Positions 29,849 through 44,852 of a DNA stretch of 64,000 bases are shown here, piece after piece. Numbering within the stretch: position 1 is the first letter of the stretch; each line of letters starts with the position of its first letter. The position numbers and the translations under genes were made by a program. The notes below the pieces were generated by a model, which made no database searches, was not told where the DNA came from, and worked only from the letters and a program-made list of their open reading frames with translations. This DNA is from Trichoplax adhaerens (taxonomy: Eukaryota; Animalia; Placozoa): NCBI RefSeq assembly GCF_000150275.1, contig NW_002060943.1, positions 10,138,209-10,202,208 of the forward strand, given 5' to 3'.

Positions 29849-32800
29849 ATGGATTTAGAATATCAGCAATTAAATGATACGAATGGTTGGGTAGAGTTGT
29901 ACAAAGTAAGTATAACTAATTTAAAAGTTATAATACGCGTATTAACTTGATAAGCAGTTGGTATTTACTATAGATGTGTAGATTTAATCCAAGATTTAGC
30001 ATCTTCAATCATTGTATTACATGTATTTGATGTAAATCCCTTCTACCAAGTACTAGGTGATATGCAAGATGATATTGCCAAGTGTGGTGCACTATGCATA
30101 CTATGTACAGAAGAGTAGATTATAATTATCATAGTAGTAGTAAATTTTGATTTATTCATATGATTTAATATTGATACGGTATTATCATGGTATTATAAAC
30201 GGTGGTTCCAAGCAATTTATTGCGTTTAACCTTCTATCAAAGTGTTTTAATTTGGACAGTGTTATGCTCGGATTCAACGTTAAATGAAGAGCCTGCACTT
30301 TTGTTGTACTGTACAGTGTACAGTAGAAGTGATTATACATTAATTATAATTATTTATTCAATTCATACGAACAGTAATAACTTATCCAGTATGTAACTTA
30401 CATATAATCATGATACATATTAGTTACCACCAACGCTGACTGCTATCTTTCCATAAACCAGAAATCTCAAATTTTTAGGGGATATCTAGTACTAAATGCT
30501 AGTATATACTAACTAGCTGCTACAGTAGATCTACTAGATGACCTGATCTAAACGATTATATATTATACAGTACCGTGCATTACGTAGTTTTTAAAGAAAT
30601 GAATAGTAGGCATAATAATTGAAATGTAGCAATAGTACAGTACTTAAAACTTGTTTCTATGTTTAAGAGGCTTAGGCTAACGGCTTTAAGCCATAAATTT
30701 AAGCTCGACTAAACTCGATCGTTACCCTCTTGTGTTCCTTCTAAGAATAGTTGTATTCCAATATAATCAACGTTCTACGTAGTACTGTAATTAACTGAGT
30801 TAATAGGCCAGGACTCTTCTTCAGTATGCACATATCATGCTGTTAACATCATATCGCACTGAATTATACGCTTTAATTGTCTATGATCCGTATTTCACTG
30901 CACAAGGCGTAAACTTCATATATTATGATTATCAATTTAGAAAATATAAAGCAAAAACAGTATTAGGAAGGGTAAATACACTTTACTGTTTTTCAGATAT
31001 TACCATTGATATACTGCACTATGCCCAATGTTTAAAAATTTAATTTTATTTATAATCTATTTAAAACCCTACTAATTTAAATAAACTATACATCATCTTA
31101 CAGTCTATCGTTCAATCCAGCGATAACATCAAACACAAATGTGTTCAAGCGAAGGTGCCTTCTAATGTCAAGAAAAATCGCTACAATAACGTCTTACCAT
31201 GTAAGCGATAAGTAAACGCTAGTTATACACGTACGAGTGTAGTAATGCTTCTTACATTAATAACTATTATATGCAGTTCATACGTAGTTGTTAAAAATTT
31301 AGAGCTGCAGTGTAAATCAATGTAAGATATAATATATCTTAGAAGTAACCCTTCAGGTAAGCATTAGGAAGCTGTAATTAGATCCGAGACTGATGGTGAA
31401 CTTGCTAAAATTTTTCATAACGATATTGCAATTGAGACTTATAGCTTTAAGTTAAGAAACAAAATGATGGAACTAGATGTCTATGCTATTTTGCGTACTT
31501 TGATATTTTTGTATTTCTACACGATTTGTATCAATACTTTTCAATTACTATTCAATTATATTTTTTATACACAATCTTAAAATCTGATGGATATTTATGG
31601 TGATCTCCTATATGGGTTATCCTCCATAAATTGTCTTTTATTTAAATATATGTCTTTGAGGTAACTAGTGTTGAATGATCAATTTTAAATTAGCCCCTAA
31701 ATGTTACAGCAGCTTTGTCTACTAATTACGCCTGAGATAGGTATAGTACACAATCTAATATCATTTGGCTATAATGTATGGTAGCAAACATTATATGATT
31801 ACTTGATTAGTAAATGCAGTATAAACAGGGTAAACGTCTTTATTATTAGGTTAATAAATTATTTAAGTTAAGATTAATAAGTAAATACGCGTACACGAAG
31901 TAAATCGGAGTAATAATGTAATCTAGCTTTTTATTTTCAGTCAAATAGCTCGCTTCGTATTAACGGTGACGTAAAGTTCTGCTCTTAAAGCTGTTTATTT
32001 ATTCATTTACCCCATAACATGTGCGTATAGTAATTCTAATAGGATGGAAAACTCTGGCCGTATCGTATTTATTCGTGAATTACTCTGGAAGCTTATCGCT
32101 CTTAATGAAGGAAATAAAAGAACTTTAGATTACAGTGTTGCTAATTGCTAATTAAAGTGGTATAACTGCAGTACTTTAATAGGCTACCGTCTTCACTTAT
32201 GTTTGGATATTATTGTTTATTTAAGATAAAAGATAAACAGATTTGTTAAAGCATTTAGCCTTTGTGCACATTGATATTAACTAACTAAAAGCAGGATAAA
32301 CTTACATAATAATTAATGAGATTGTTTGAGTATTTTCTTTATACTCCATATGAAGGCCGATTGATGGCATGACGAATTTATCCCCTTTAATTGAACTACT
32401 ACTCTGTTAAAAATTAAATAGAACCATGATATAACATAATGTAGAACGTTCCTTAAAGTAACAATGCCATGAAAAATATTCAAAGCCGCATTATTTGTTA
32501 TAACATCACACAATACAGAAATTGTTAAACTTAGCATAACTAAATTGTAATGATTTTTCGTGTACTATTCCTCAATTAGACGATGAAACGCGGGTTAAAC
32601 TCAAAGGCGAGAATGATTACATTAATGCCAGCTTTGTTTCGGTAAGGCTACGAATATATTGTACAATTTCGATGTAACACCGAACGGTAGGTATAGTCAG
32701 TTTGTAATTACGTAATAATAGTCAAATTATTGTATAGTACAATATAAAGCAGCAGCAAATTTGGGGGATTTATCAGCAATATAAATGTACAAAGTAGAAT

Positions 32801-35752
32801 ACATATGTATCTATATGCTAGCAATATTTCACTTTTCACACTTCTCTTACTACGTTTTATGTTTACTTGCTAATCAGAGATAAATAGTGTCGCTTGCACT
32901 TCATTGATTTCTGTTTTTATGATATTTTAATTGGTAAATACACATAGATATACAAAATTTAGGTCATTGCTCGCATATCGGTTCGCTTCGATATTTCATT
33001 ATTTGAAATACTTATCCTGGACTGTATTTCACCCGACATAAAAGCTTTTTGCTTTTAGTATATATGACTAGTGAATGAGATAGATGTTATTTGCAATTAA
33101 TAACGAATTACTTGATTGAATTTAAAGACTGTATCCATAATAAATTCAGCTACTCTCAAAAAAGCAGTTATTTGTATCCCTTTTTACTACAACTATGACA
33201 ATGCAAAAGCTATGAAATTAGTTAAATTATTTTGATCTTACTTTAAAGTTATAATCCATCACATTCGATATCCCACCAACAATTCACTGTTCTGTTAAGC
33301 AATACCGCATAAAAACTGATTTACAATGGATCATCTAACTGAGTATCATTATTTCTAAAGGTTCCAAATTTAAGCAGGATATATATCCTAACCCAGGTAA
33401 ATAACAGACATACAATAAGCCAAAATGTTAACTTTTTGCCATTAAGTTAATAGCGAAGTAATATTTCTGACATCGAAGCAATTTAGCGTACCATAAATAA
33501 GGTATTCAAAAGTTTTCCTTCGGTAACTACTGATCACTGTAGTAGTTTTTATAACAAAATTCTATATCACTGGTAAAACATAGCGAAGGTACAGTATTAT
33601 TAATATTACATAGTATATCTAGTTAATTATAACTGATAGTCGCGGTCATACAACTTTTTCGTAGCAAAGAACATGAAAGCCACCCTAAAAAGATTACTTT
33701 ATGCAAAATCACACTCTATTTTCTGAACTTTACTATAAAGTATAGTATCATACTACAATTACCTTTATAGCTTTTTAAGATTTAATATTAGTTCTTATAT
33801 ATTCTCACATATAAGGTTATATATAATTCACTATGCTACAAAGAATGTAATTCATAAATTCAAATAATCTGATGGTTTTATATGTTATAGATTTTAAGAT
33901 ACGATGCTTTTTGTTCGGATAAAGGGTCCGCTTGACCATACAGCTGCTAGTTTTTGGCAAATGGTATGGGAACAGAACAGTAGAGGAATCGTAATGTTAA
34001 ACAAGCTAACCGAAAATGGATCTGTAAGTTCTTATCTGTTCTCACATTACTCAAAAGTAGAATATATTGTATGTTAGAAAATAGAACAAAAACGTGATAG
34101 CATTTACAGATAATCATAGTCCAGCGCTGACGATTTAGGGACTTTACAGTAGATAGCCAATCCTTAACGATGGTTACTGTAGCCTTAATTAATCTTTCTA
34201 GTCAACATACTGCTCTAATTTTGAATTAAATAATCCTGCAGTATGTTCTTACTCATACGATATTTACATCGTATTTTCGTAAATGACAAAATGCCAATTC
34301 AATTCTACCTTTAGATTAAGTGTTACCAATACTGGCCGTTGCATAAAAATCAGCCCCTACGTTTTAGAAATCACTTTCAAGTGACTTTAACTGAAGAAAT
34401 ATACGAGAGTGACGATTGCATCATTCGACAGCTTAACCTTGTAAACGAAAAGGTTAGATTCCATTTGGGTCAATACTTATTTTACTATTTGTACACAGTG
34501 CACTTTCTATTTAGATAATTTGTAATTCAACTTAATTTATAAGAGCATCATAAATTTTTCTTCCAGGATAGCGAGTCAAGAACTATTTTTCAGTATCATT
34601 TTACGTCCTGGCCCGATTTTGGCGTTCCAAGATCTCCTGCTTCATTTTATGAATTTGTGGATCGTATCAGAAATTCTGAGAGCCATAGCACAGAATATGG
34701 TCCACTCATTAGTCATTGCAGGTAGCATCACTAGCGTATGAATTAATTGATTTTCCCATGATACTAAAGATTTAATTTCCAAATCATTAATCATACCACT
34801 AATCTACTTATATAGCGCTGGAATTGGTCGTTCAGGAACTTATTGTCTAGTCAACTTATGCCTTTTACAAGTACGTAGTTTAGCAACTTATTTTACCTTT
34901 AGTAAATGCTACACTTCAATTTATAGTGAGGTAATTACATAATTATTTTGCATTTAATTGCCGATTATGTCGCTACAGATTCAAGAAAATGAGGATTTGT
35001 CAGTACAACCAAAGGAGATCTTAATTGATATGAGAAAGTGTAGGAAAGGCTTAGTGCAAACACAAGAACAGTTACGCTTTGCGTATGAAGTCACTCTTTA
35101 TGGCGCGTTTAAAATCCTAAGACATGATAAGATTTCCTGTTCAATAAATTTTGATATTAGTAATGATAATCTTAAACGTAACATCAAGAAGGTATCAACA
35201 TCTGCAGCACCTTCCAAGCCGAAGAGGAGTAGATCAACTCTTCGTACTACAACAAATGACTCTATAACCGTTTATAATAGTAATACTAGTACTAAAGATC
35301 AATCCGTAGATCTAAGGTAATTTGAACATTAATGTATGTGCTAAATTGCGTTTTTTTACTGAAATTAAAATTTCTATAATTTTACATACAGAAATTCTTC
35401 AAATTCAGCGAGTGAATCGAATAACAATTCTCCAGAAGATACATCTGGGTAAAATTTGTTTCTGTTCGTCAAAGTTGACGTATTGCTGTTATCTTAATCA
35501 GGACTATCAGATATATTGATTACTATACCGTATTATACATATTTCGCATGCTATACCAGTCAATCCTTACGACATAGAAGCTATAAGGAGAAGCAAGAAA
35601 AGACCGCAACTTTAGTTGCCGAAATTAAGAAGAAAGTTGTTAAAAATGAGCGACGAAGTTTTCTTTTGCGTTACTTATATCGTGCTGGTTTGCCTATATC
35701 AATCCTTTTAGTTATATCCATTGCTATCTACAAATATTTCATACATTGTTGA
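29849..35752 (+). CDS. PTPN1: Non-receptor protein tyrosine phosphatase, PTP1B/TCPTP (PTPN1/2) type, 11 exons (29849-29905, 31104-31200, 32580-32641, 33361-33396, 33925-34023, 34315-34452, 34567-34721, 34816-34870, 34979-35316, 35392-35448, 35560-35752)
   Basis: N-terminus MDLEYQQLNDTNGWVELYK, KNRYNNVLP, DYINAS, YILTQGPL, FWQMVWEQNS, KCYQYWP, WPDFGVP, HCSAGIGRSG, RKGLVQTQEQLRFAY, a basic stretch and a C-terminal hydrophobic tail anchor GLPISILLVISIAIYKYF. Confidence 0.93.
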
Positions 35753-36878
35753 AATCTTTCATTATAATTAATACACATAAAGCATTATTTGTATTAACAG
35801 TATGATAATCGATTTACTTTATACAATACATTTGATAATATTCCTTTTATCTATGATTGCTGTGTTTCATAGAAATATCACTTGATGTCAGCAGGATACA
35901 ATTTCTAAATGCGTTACCGCTAGGTTATCGCCATTGAAATATACGTATGACCTCACTCTTTCCATTATACAAATTTAAGTTCTTTCATTTTGAGCTAATA
36001 TAATGAAGATATTAAATAATTAAATAACTGGTAAAAGCAGAAATTTTATAGTATTAACTAAGGTATATCTGTTGTGGCATTTGAGCTTTAGTGATTTGTA
36101 AACATCACATGAATATGTGTAGCAACTCCTAAATCCTTATTGTATTATGAATACTTTCTTAGAATGTAAAGCTTACACTCTAATTTGTACGAGAATACTT
36201 TAAGACAGCCTCTGATTAATTACGTATTGAAATCAATTTCATTTTTAATGTGGTATCGTTTATATTATGGTATATCAGTATCACGATTTCCTAAGTTCTC
36301 TATTTCAGGTCTTGTAGGTATGCTACACCATTGTAAAATTTACTACGGTTACTATTACATTCTTAATACTAGGTGTCCGCGATACATGAGTTACCTCAAA
36401 TAAACAATGATACTACAATACTGAAAGCTGGACACAGAGAGGCAACGATCTTTATAAGCATATTAACGGTTCGAAGATTGGTGCAAGAATAACTATTTTA
36501 TATATCGATAATCTACAGCGTCGTCATAATAATGACTAACGATTTACCTAATATCAATTCATGTCTTTTCTGATACTTCTGAGAAAACTAGGTTATAACT
36601 GATTAGACTGTTTTATTTATTACAAAAGTCATTACTAATTTTGCTTATTGTGTGCAAAGACTAAATGAGAGCTTCAATGTTAAAATGCTGCAATAAAATT
36701 GATTGGATTGAAATACGTTATTTTATTCGAATACTATCCACTTTAATACATGATAACATCAAAGGAAAATGGCTACTTCAAAGTAAAATAATAACTAGAC
36801 GACACATATTATTGATAAGATCATTACAATTAAATAAACGTGAAATGATACTGTGAAGTGTGTCAATAGCGTTTAAGC

Positions 36879-39800
36879 CTATTGCAGTCTCACACGTAAA
36901 TTATCCAATTCCTGCTTGATAAATACAGGTAGATCATCAGCTACTTGCTCTTCAAAATATTTTTCAACATCAACAGTTTCTTGTAACCATTCATCTCTTG
37001 GAGTACTCATTAGTTCGCCCATGTCAACCCCATGAAGGCCATCAGTGTTAATAGAATCTGCCTTGGGAACGTAACCAATAGGACGAGCCTCTGCAACATC
37101 TTCGCCTTCAGTGCGACGAAATATCCATTCCAAAACACGTGCATTTTCGCCAAAACCAGGCCAAAGGAATTTATCATTATGTTTTCTAAACCAGTTGACG
37201 TGAAATATTTTAGGCATTTTTGCATTCGGCTTATCTTGCATACTCAGCCAATGTTCAAGATATCGTCCAAAATTATAGCCTAAGAACGGCCTCATGGCAA
37301 AAGGGTCATGCATAACTTCTTTACCTTTATGTTCAGCAGCAGCAGTGGCTTCAGACCTCATAGAAGCTCCCACAAAAATGCCATGTTGCCAGCTGAATGA
37401 TTCATAGACAAGAGGAACAGTAATAGGACGACGACCTCCAAATAAAATAGCATCAATAGGTACACCTGCTGTACTCTCCCATTCCGGATCCATGATAGGA
37501 CATTGCTGAGAAGGTGTACAAAAACGAGAATTGGGGTGAGCTGCATTAGTTTTCATAGTGCGATTCCACTTATTTCCCAACCAATCAGTGCATTCTGTCT
37601 CATCAGAGATCTGATCTTCGAGGCCTTCCCAATAGAAACCACCATCGCTAGTTTCTGCTACGTTTGTGAATATCGTATTGCGTTCGATGGTTTTCATAGC
37701 ATTAGGGTTTGTTGCCATGGAAGTACCAGGTGCAACACCAAAAAATCCAGCCTCTGGATTTATTGCACGTAGTTTCCCTTCGCTATCGAATTTCATCCAT
37801 GCAATATCGTCTCCTACGCATTCAACCTTCCATCCAGGTAGACTAGGTAACATCATTGCCAAGTTGGTTTTGCCGCAAGCGCTAGGAAAAGCAGCTGCAA
37901 AATACTTTTTAACTCCATTTGGATTAGTTATTCCCAAAATCTAAAACCCAAATAAAATGTATATTTTTATGATGTTTATAATTTGATACTAGTAACAATG
38001 ATGTACCAGCATATGCTCGGCAAGCCATCCTTCCCTTCTGGCTATGGACGATGCAATACGTAGTGCAAAGCACTTTTTACCAAGCAGCGAATTACCTCCA
38101 TATCCACTTCCAAATGATGCAATCATATTTCTATCAGGGAAGTGAGATACGATCGTCGCTGCAGGATTACAAGGCCAAACATATTTGCTTGGAGCTTTCA
38201 GAGGCAAAGGCTGGCCAACAGAATGTAAACATTTCACGAAATCGTCTTGACCTAACTGTTCTAAGACATTTTGGCCCATTCTGGTCATGATTCGCATACT
38301 CGCGACAACATAGGCGGAATCTGTCAATTGTATTCCAATTTTCGATAAGGGTGATCCAACTGGTCCCATGCTAAACGGAATAACATACATTGTTCGCCCT
38401 AAAAAACCAATTATCAACATATTATGATACCAAATCACATCGAACTAGTTAAAATTTTCTATATAAATAGTTACGTCATTCCTATTTTAGCTAAAAATAT
38501 AAATGTTACAGTTTATGGAATTTATAACAATTATATCCAACAACAGTAAATTACTGTTTTTAAACAACAATTGGTTGACTTTTAGATATATAAAATTCTA
38601 CACTGGCTGTTAAAGCAGGTGTTGCAGTTAATGGAATTTATAACAATATAAATATAACTAACAACAGTAAGTTACTGTTAAACAACAATTGATAGGCTTT
38701 ACACATGCAAAAATTGTGCACTGGCTATTAACATAAAGTACTTTTGGGTGACCAAGAAGTATACAAAGTTTTATACGGTACTACAATGTCCAAAGTAGTC
38801 ATTGTTCTACTTTAGTCTACCTTTCATACAACCGGGAAATCTTTCACCCAATTCATTTTCCATATTTGATATGCCCATCCAATTGCCAAGTTGTTGACTA
38901 ACGCCTTCTTTTAAGATAGGTACAGTTTCTCGTTTATCGTTGGTACATATATACGTTTTACTTTCAACCCGGGCAACATCTGCAGGGTCAGTTCGCGCTA
39001 TATAACTATTATTAAAATCATTTTAAATTTCAACTGATTAATAAAACATAATGTGATATGAATACTGTAGATAGTGGTTACATTTGTATCATAAAACTAT
39101 TAATGAATGCTACAATACGTACTCCTCGCGTTATTAAAATATATATAATAATAGCTCACCAATTTTCATACTTCGGTAACTTTTTTATCATTCCAATATT
39201 TAGCAATTGATTGATTAGTGTTGCATTTTCCTCTTCCGATCCATCGCACACGTGGATGTTATCCGGTTGACACAATTTTGCATTTTCTTCGATAAATTGG
39301 CGAATTTTTGGCGCTAACTTACTGACACCTTCGTTGGCGCTTACGGCACCGAAGGCACGAAAACTACCTCTCGTTAATATAGGTGCCTTTCGAACTAGTT
39401 TTGAGAGAGTGAGTTTATTCAATGGTTGCCTGTTAAAAAATTAAATAAATCATCGGTTTATTGTACATCACTTTAAGGCAAGCCTCAGAGTACGGCCACT
39501 TTAGTAATAGTAACATGTTCTTCAACGTATCAAGAACGTAAATGCTTAATATGTACAGTAGAAGGAATGTGGGTACTAACGAATAATAAAAGCAAAAAAC
39601 ACTGACATAGCGCCTACTATAAGTAGCCATCACATAATTTATGGATGCCAGATGTAATGTACGTTAACCACTTTCTTTCATCGCATAAATTATTGTAATT
39701 TCTAGTGAGTCAAGAATTTTAAATATGTTACTGATGTTCAGTTCTGATAGCTGCCCAGCGACTGCACATAAAGATTTTCTTTCAGGTAATCTACAATACA

Positions 39801-41904
39801 GCGATCCTAATTCATAATAGTACATGTTGCATATCTCCGTTATCTTTTATTATTATATATTCAGTACAGAATAGTGTTTACAAAAGATACTACGTATCTT
39901 GCCTATTTCCATTAACGGAATTTATTATACTTTTCTGAAGGCATAGACAGGCAATTTCTTATCTTGCTTTAATACAGTGTTTTCTACTCTGTTAAACTTG
40001 GTATATTTTGGAATTACATGAATTAAAGTATTAATCAATGGAGAAAACTAAGATACGTTATTAATTAAAAGGATTAGTTGTTCATTGAGCAGGTATTTTA
40101 GCTAGTAATTTAGAAAAAAATTATTTGTGAATTATTGCAATTGCCATAACACCATTGTTAGCTGTAATGCTGTATGTATATCGTGTTAACTGTTAATTGA
40201 TGTGTGAAAACAATACAGTACTATAAATAGAATTCCTACAGTATACTGTTATACATCACCATTTAAAAATCAGAGGTACGAGTAAATTAGCCTTTGTACA
40301 GGAACGATAATGTATATTACACATTACGGTAGTGGACCAATAAAAAATTACCACAGTACTGTACATACGAGTATATACTTTTATACAGTAATCGGTGTAA
40401 TCTTTCAAAGTATTATTCACAGATAAGCGGTACTATTGATAAATAATAACTTGCAATATTATATTATTCTTAGGTTATCAAGATGAATACTTGTTTCCGT
40501 AATAATGAGATAAAATATGCGCTTATCAATAATCACAGCTGTGCCACATTTAAAACAGGCAAGTAGCGCGACTGATGTGATCATCCACTGTACAGTAATT
40601 GGTCTGTTGGTATTGATTTTTAATGCTATTCTTTATACATAAATGATCCCAATTCGCAAATGACAAGTTATTAATTTAATCACTAATCATTCCTCTGCAT
40701 TAAGTAAAAAAACTCCAATCGTACTCAACAATTCTGAAAATACAGGATTCAAATATATTGCTGTAAAATGTCGTTTCTATATGAAAGTAAACTTTGACAA
40801 ATGACAATTCATACAATACGGACTATACTATACTATACTATACGAGTATACGCTCAATATATAAACCATACACAATAATGTTAGGCTAAGACAATTCTAT
40901 AAGTTACTTGCAAACGGTACATATGTCATTACTATTGCTGCATAATGACGAATAAAATCAAATAGTATTCTTACTAATACAGTAACATACAGTATGTACT
41001 GGAAATATATACAGTATGCAGTATGTATGATATGTTGTTTAATTCAATACGAGCACATACAGTATATATACGGTATATCCATCCATTCAGTTCATCAGTG
41101 AATCACTGCTACAACAATCTACAAAAACATACTTTAAACGAGCTGGTGTCGTTGCTAATACTGTACTCTGCTGTAAATGATTTTAATTAACTATGATATC
41201 AATCCTAAGATCATACGCGCATAGCGTGTAAAGTTTCCCAGGGTTTCTATAGTATGTGTAACATGACTACTGTACTGTACAGCGTTTGTTATATCAAAGT
41301 TTATCTTGAGAATTATCCTGTAATCGTTATCTCAATCTCTTAAAATTGCGAGATACAATACTCAACATTGATTTCATTCATACAGTACACTAGACATAAC
41401 GCCATTTCTTTCATTACATCTTCATTTGCCACCTATTAAGTAGGAATCTACGATACATTTACAATACTATGTACTCCACAGGCGAATTAGTGAATGTAGG
41501 CGTTGTTTCTTTAAACATTGATATCAAAAAATGCAGCCATCTATGAGTCGTACTCTACTACTGTATATCTAATACTATTAAACCGTGCTTTCCTACACCG
41601 ATGCCAAAACTATTTCTCCCTGTAAAGCTATTCATTATCCATGTGTTCGACCATGTATAACTAACTTCTCTCTAGTCACGTATGTGGAGTGTACAGTACA
41701 CAATCCATAAATAAATTATATATGTATTATATTATTATTTATTCATTCTGTTCGTACAGTACTTTAGTTACTGCACTACTGATACAGCATACGACACTGC
41801 AAATTTCATCGCTATCAACGTCTCAGTATGTTGAATAAATAATTTACAAAGCAATTCTAAAGCTATAAATAACGAAGCTCATATTACCTCAAAAAAGCGG
41901 TCAT
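36879..41904 (-). CDS. PCK2: GTP-dependent phosphoenolpyruvate carboxykinase with predicted mitochondrial presequence (exons 41888-41904, 39160-39429, 38821-39005, 38007-38398, 36879-37940)
   Basis: [69 protein letters not shown]. The N-terminus [32 protein letters not shown] is basic and free of acidic residues, as expected for a presequence. Confidence 0.96.
38504..38732. repeat. Diverged tandem duplication of about 116 bp in a PEPCK intron
   Basis: tgttacagtttatggaatttataacaat...cactggctgttaa (from 38504) versus tgttgcagttaatggaatttataacaat...cactggctattaa (from 38620). Confidence 0.85.
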
Positions 41905-42044
41905 GATGGCTACCTTCGATGTATACTGTCTTGCCTTTCAAGCCTACGATATTCGAAAATGGATGATAGATCCTTCTTATACACACAGAAGATACACCCG
42001 GATGCACGCCTTCTCGGAAGCATCTGTTGCTTCAACTTGTAGTC

Positions 42045-43065
42045 TACTACAGTATATATCTATTGCAACCACAGTAGTGTACTGTACTGTACTGTACTGT
42101 ACTGTACAGTACTGTACGTCTGTAAAGTATAGTACAGTACACTTCACTGTACTGTCCTGTACTGTACACTGTACAGTACAGTACAGTACAGTACAGTACA
42201 GTGAACAATAAGCCAGTGAAACTTTTCAAAGAAAATCGTTTTTACACGATTTTTCAACTCGTGGTTTTATCAGCCGCATCCATAATACTGTACAGTACGG
42301 TAGTGTTGCGGTAATCTCATCAGAGATTACAGTACGAAAAATTTTATTTTACAGTTCATACTGTACTGAAACACTGTTCTGTACAGTACTGTACAGTACA
42401 GTACAGTACAGTACGGTACTGTACTGTACGCCATAGAGTTGAGAAAAAAACAGTTGTACTGTACAGTACAGTTCGTTTTTTTCTTGAACTCTGTGACGCG
42501 TCGGGCATTCAATCGAGGTTAAAGAAAAGGTCAGTACACGTTTACCGTACAAAGTTTTTACACACGACCGTACAACCCTGTACAGGTGTATCAAAGTATT
42601 TTGTCACTTTGAAAAGCATCAACCAGTGATCTTAATAAGCAAGTACTGATTAAGAGTTGTTACATTCCATAGCATTTAATATTAATATATCCATTCTATT
42701 ATAGCTTTACTGTATTTTTAAAGAAAAATATTGCCCGAAAGTGACAAAATGTTATAGTACTGTACTATACAGTAGATTGTACTGTACTGTCGATAAAAGA
42801 AAAGAAAGAAAAAATGTACAGTACTGTACTGTACTGTACAGTCCTGTCACTTTAATGTACAGTACAGTACAGTAGAACAATTGAGCACCGTCTTTTAAGC
42901 ATACAGTACAGTACAAGGTGTAGAATTTCTTTCTAAAGTTTTGATCATTTTATCTGTTTTTTTTAAATCTACAGTACTGTAGATCGAATTTCTACTGTAC
43001 ACCCTGTACTGTACAGTACTGTACTGTACCGTACAGATAAAAGAAATTACAGTACAGTACTGTAG
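42045..43065. repeat. Largest (TACAG/CTGTA)n array cluster, upstream of PEPCK
   Basis: Several dense blocks (about 42080-42200, 42285-42470, 42755-43065), starting about 140 nt upstream of the ATG at 41904. Confidence 0.9.
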
Positions 43066-44852
43066 AAAATTCGGAATTTAATACAATATTACGTAGAAGT
43101 TGCTCAATTAACCTCATTTTAATCAATTAAATTAAAAAGCCTAGTTATTCAGCTTTATATTCGTATAATTTTTGTTACATTTTGATTCACTCTCGTGATT
43201 TTAGGGCAGCTTAAAGTACTCTAATTCGAACTGGTTCACACTCAGTATATTAACATATCGAATGCCTCTCAGCGAAAAAAAAAGACTCAGCTCTAGAGCC
43301 CTATAAAAAACACAAAGTTCAGAGTTTCCTCTCAGTACCATGAACATGAAAGTAGTATCACGGTGACGTATGAGTTAGGAATAAACAAGGAGATGCCACT
43401 GAGGTTAAGAAAATAGATGACCCATCGAAAAGCTCGATACTTTGTTCTTTCTTTGAACTTTGAAAATACATTTATGGGTCTGTTTGAGGCTTGGTCTACA
43501 GATTGTAAGCCCAATAGCCCATATTTGCTTAGAGTTTCCAGTTAATGCTGTTCGTAAAGTATGATACCGTTAAGGGTACTATAGGTGTATTAATTACTAA
43601 CTGTAAATTACTGTACTTGTATGATTCCTAAACTGACCTTTGGAGGGCTACGAAAACTCTTTATGATAATAAAGTAAAATAAACAAACAAATAGTACTGA
43701 ACTATACTGTACATTGACCCGAAAGGGCGAAATCTAGTAATGTACGTAGTTTACTGTTAGCACAACGTCACAGTGATTGTAATACTACGTTTCAACCTAC
43801 TTCTGCAATTGCTGGCTATCGTTCAGTACTTTACCATGCCGTTATCCACACTGAACCTGGTTTGCAATCTTTGAATATTGTTCGCATTACGCGTGCGCTT
43901 GTGCAGTTTGTTGTACATTGAACACTACAAGAACTAGGGACTGACTGTAAAGACTGCGGTCAATCCCTCTGATATTTGCCTACGATGTTATTCTACTGCA
44001 ACTACCATATTCTTAACGATAAAATAATTACCGTATCATAGGGTTCAGTATTAGACATATTCTGCTTTTATCCGTGATCGTATCTGCCAGAAATCCCTCG
44101 GATTTTTAAAGATGCCTTATGAATGGATCATACATTTATTTAATAATTAATTAGCTATTCTTCATGAAGTAAATCAAGTATTTATTTAAAAACGATATTG
44201 TGCTTCAATTAGCTTCGTTATCCTATTTTATAAAAACGGGTATGCAAGCCAGATCTAAAAATAATTATTCACAATATCCAAGAACCTTAAAATGACATTC
44301 CTTAACTTTTTTAATCTCGAAGATATTTGTAATATACTGTAGTATCGTTTACGTTCTAATCTCATAATATAATTTAGATAGCCTCTGAATAGCCATAATA
44401 CAATATCAAAACCTTAAGTATGAGAATACCCGCTCATCGTATACTTTTAAATGAAAGAATACGTTAGTACTTCAAATTGTTTAGTTGTCCACATCATCGT
44501 TTAATGTAAGTAAGTAAATCTTATGTACGAAGCAATCTTAATAGTATGATGCTATTGTAAGGAAATTAATCAAATAGTGATACTTGTGTATATATACGAG
44601 TATAAACTAAAGTGAATAAATACGTAAATATAAATATTGCAGTATTAAAGCAATACAATTATGTATGATGCGTCAGAGAGCCAGTAGGTACGTAATGTAT
44701 ATAGATATCGAAATTGTGCAAGTTCGTAAAAAACTACTGTAATTTCTTAACATATTGATATCATTAACTTAGCTTCTCATTATCGGTATTAAATCAGATT
44801 AATAATCAGTGATTAATCGTAATATTTCATAGAATTAAATATATAAAACAGT

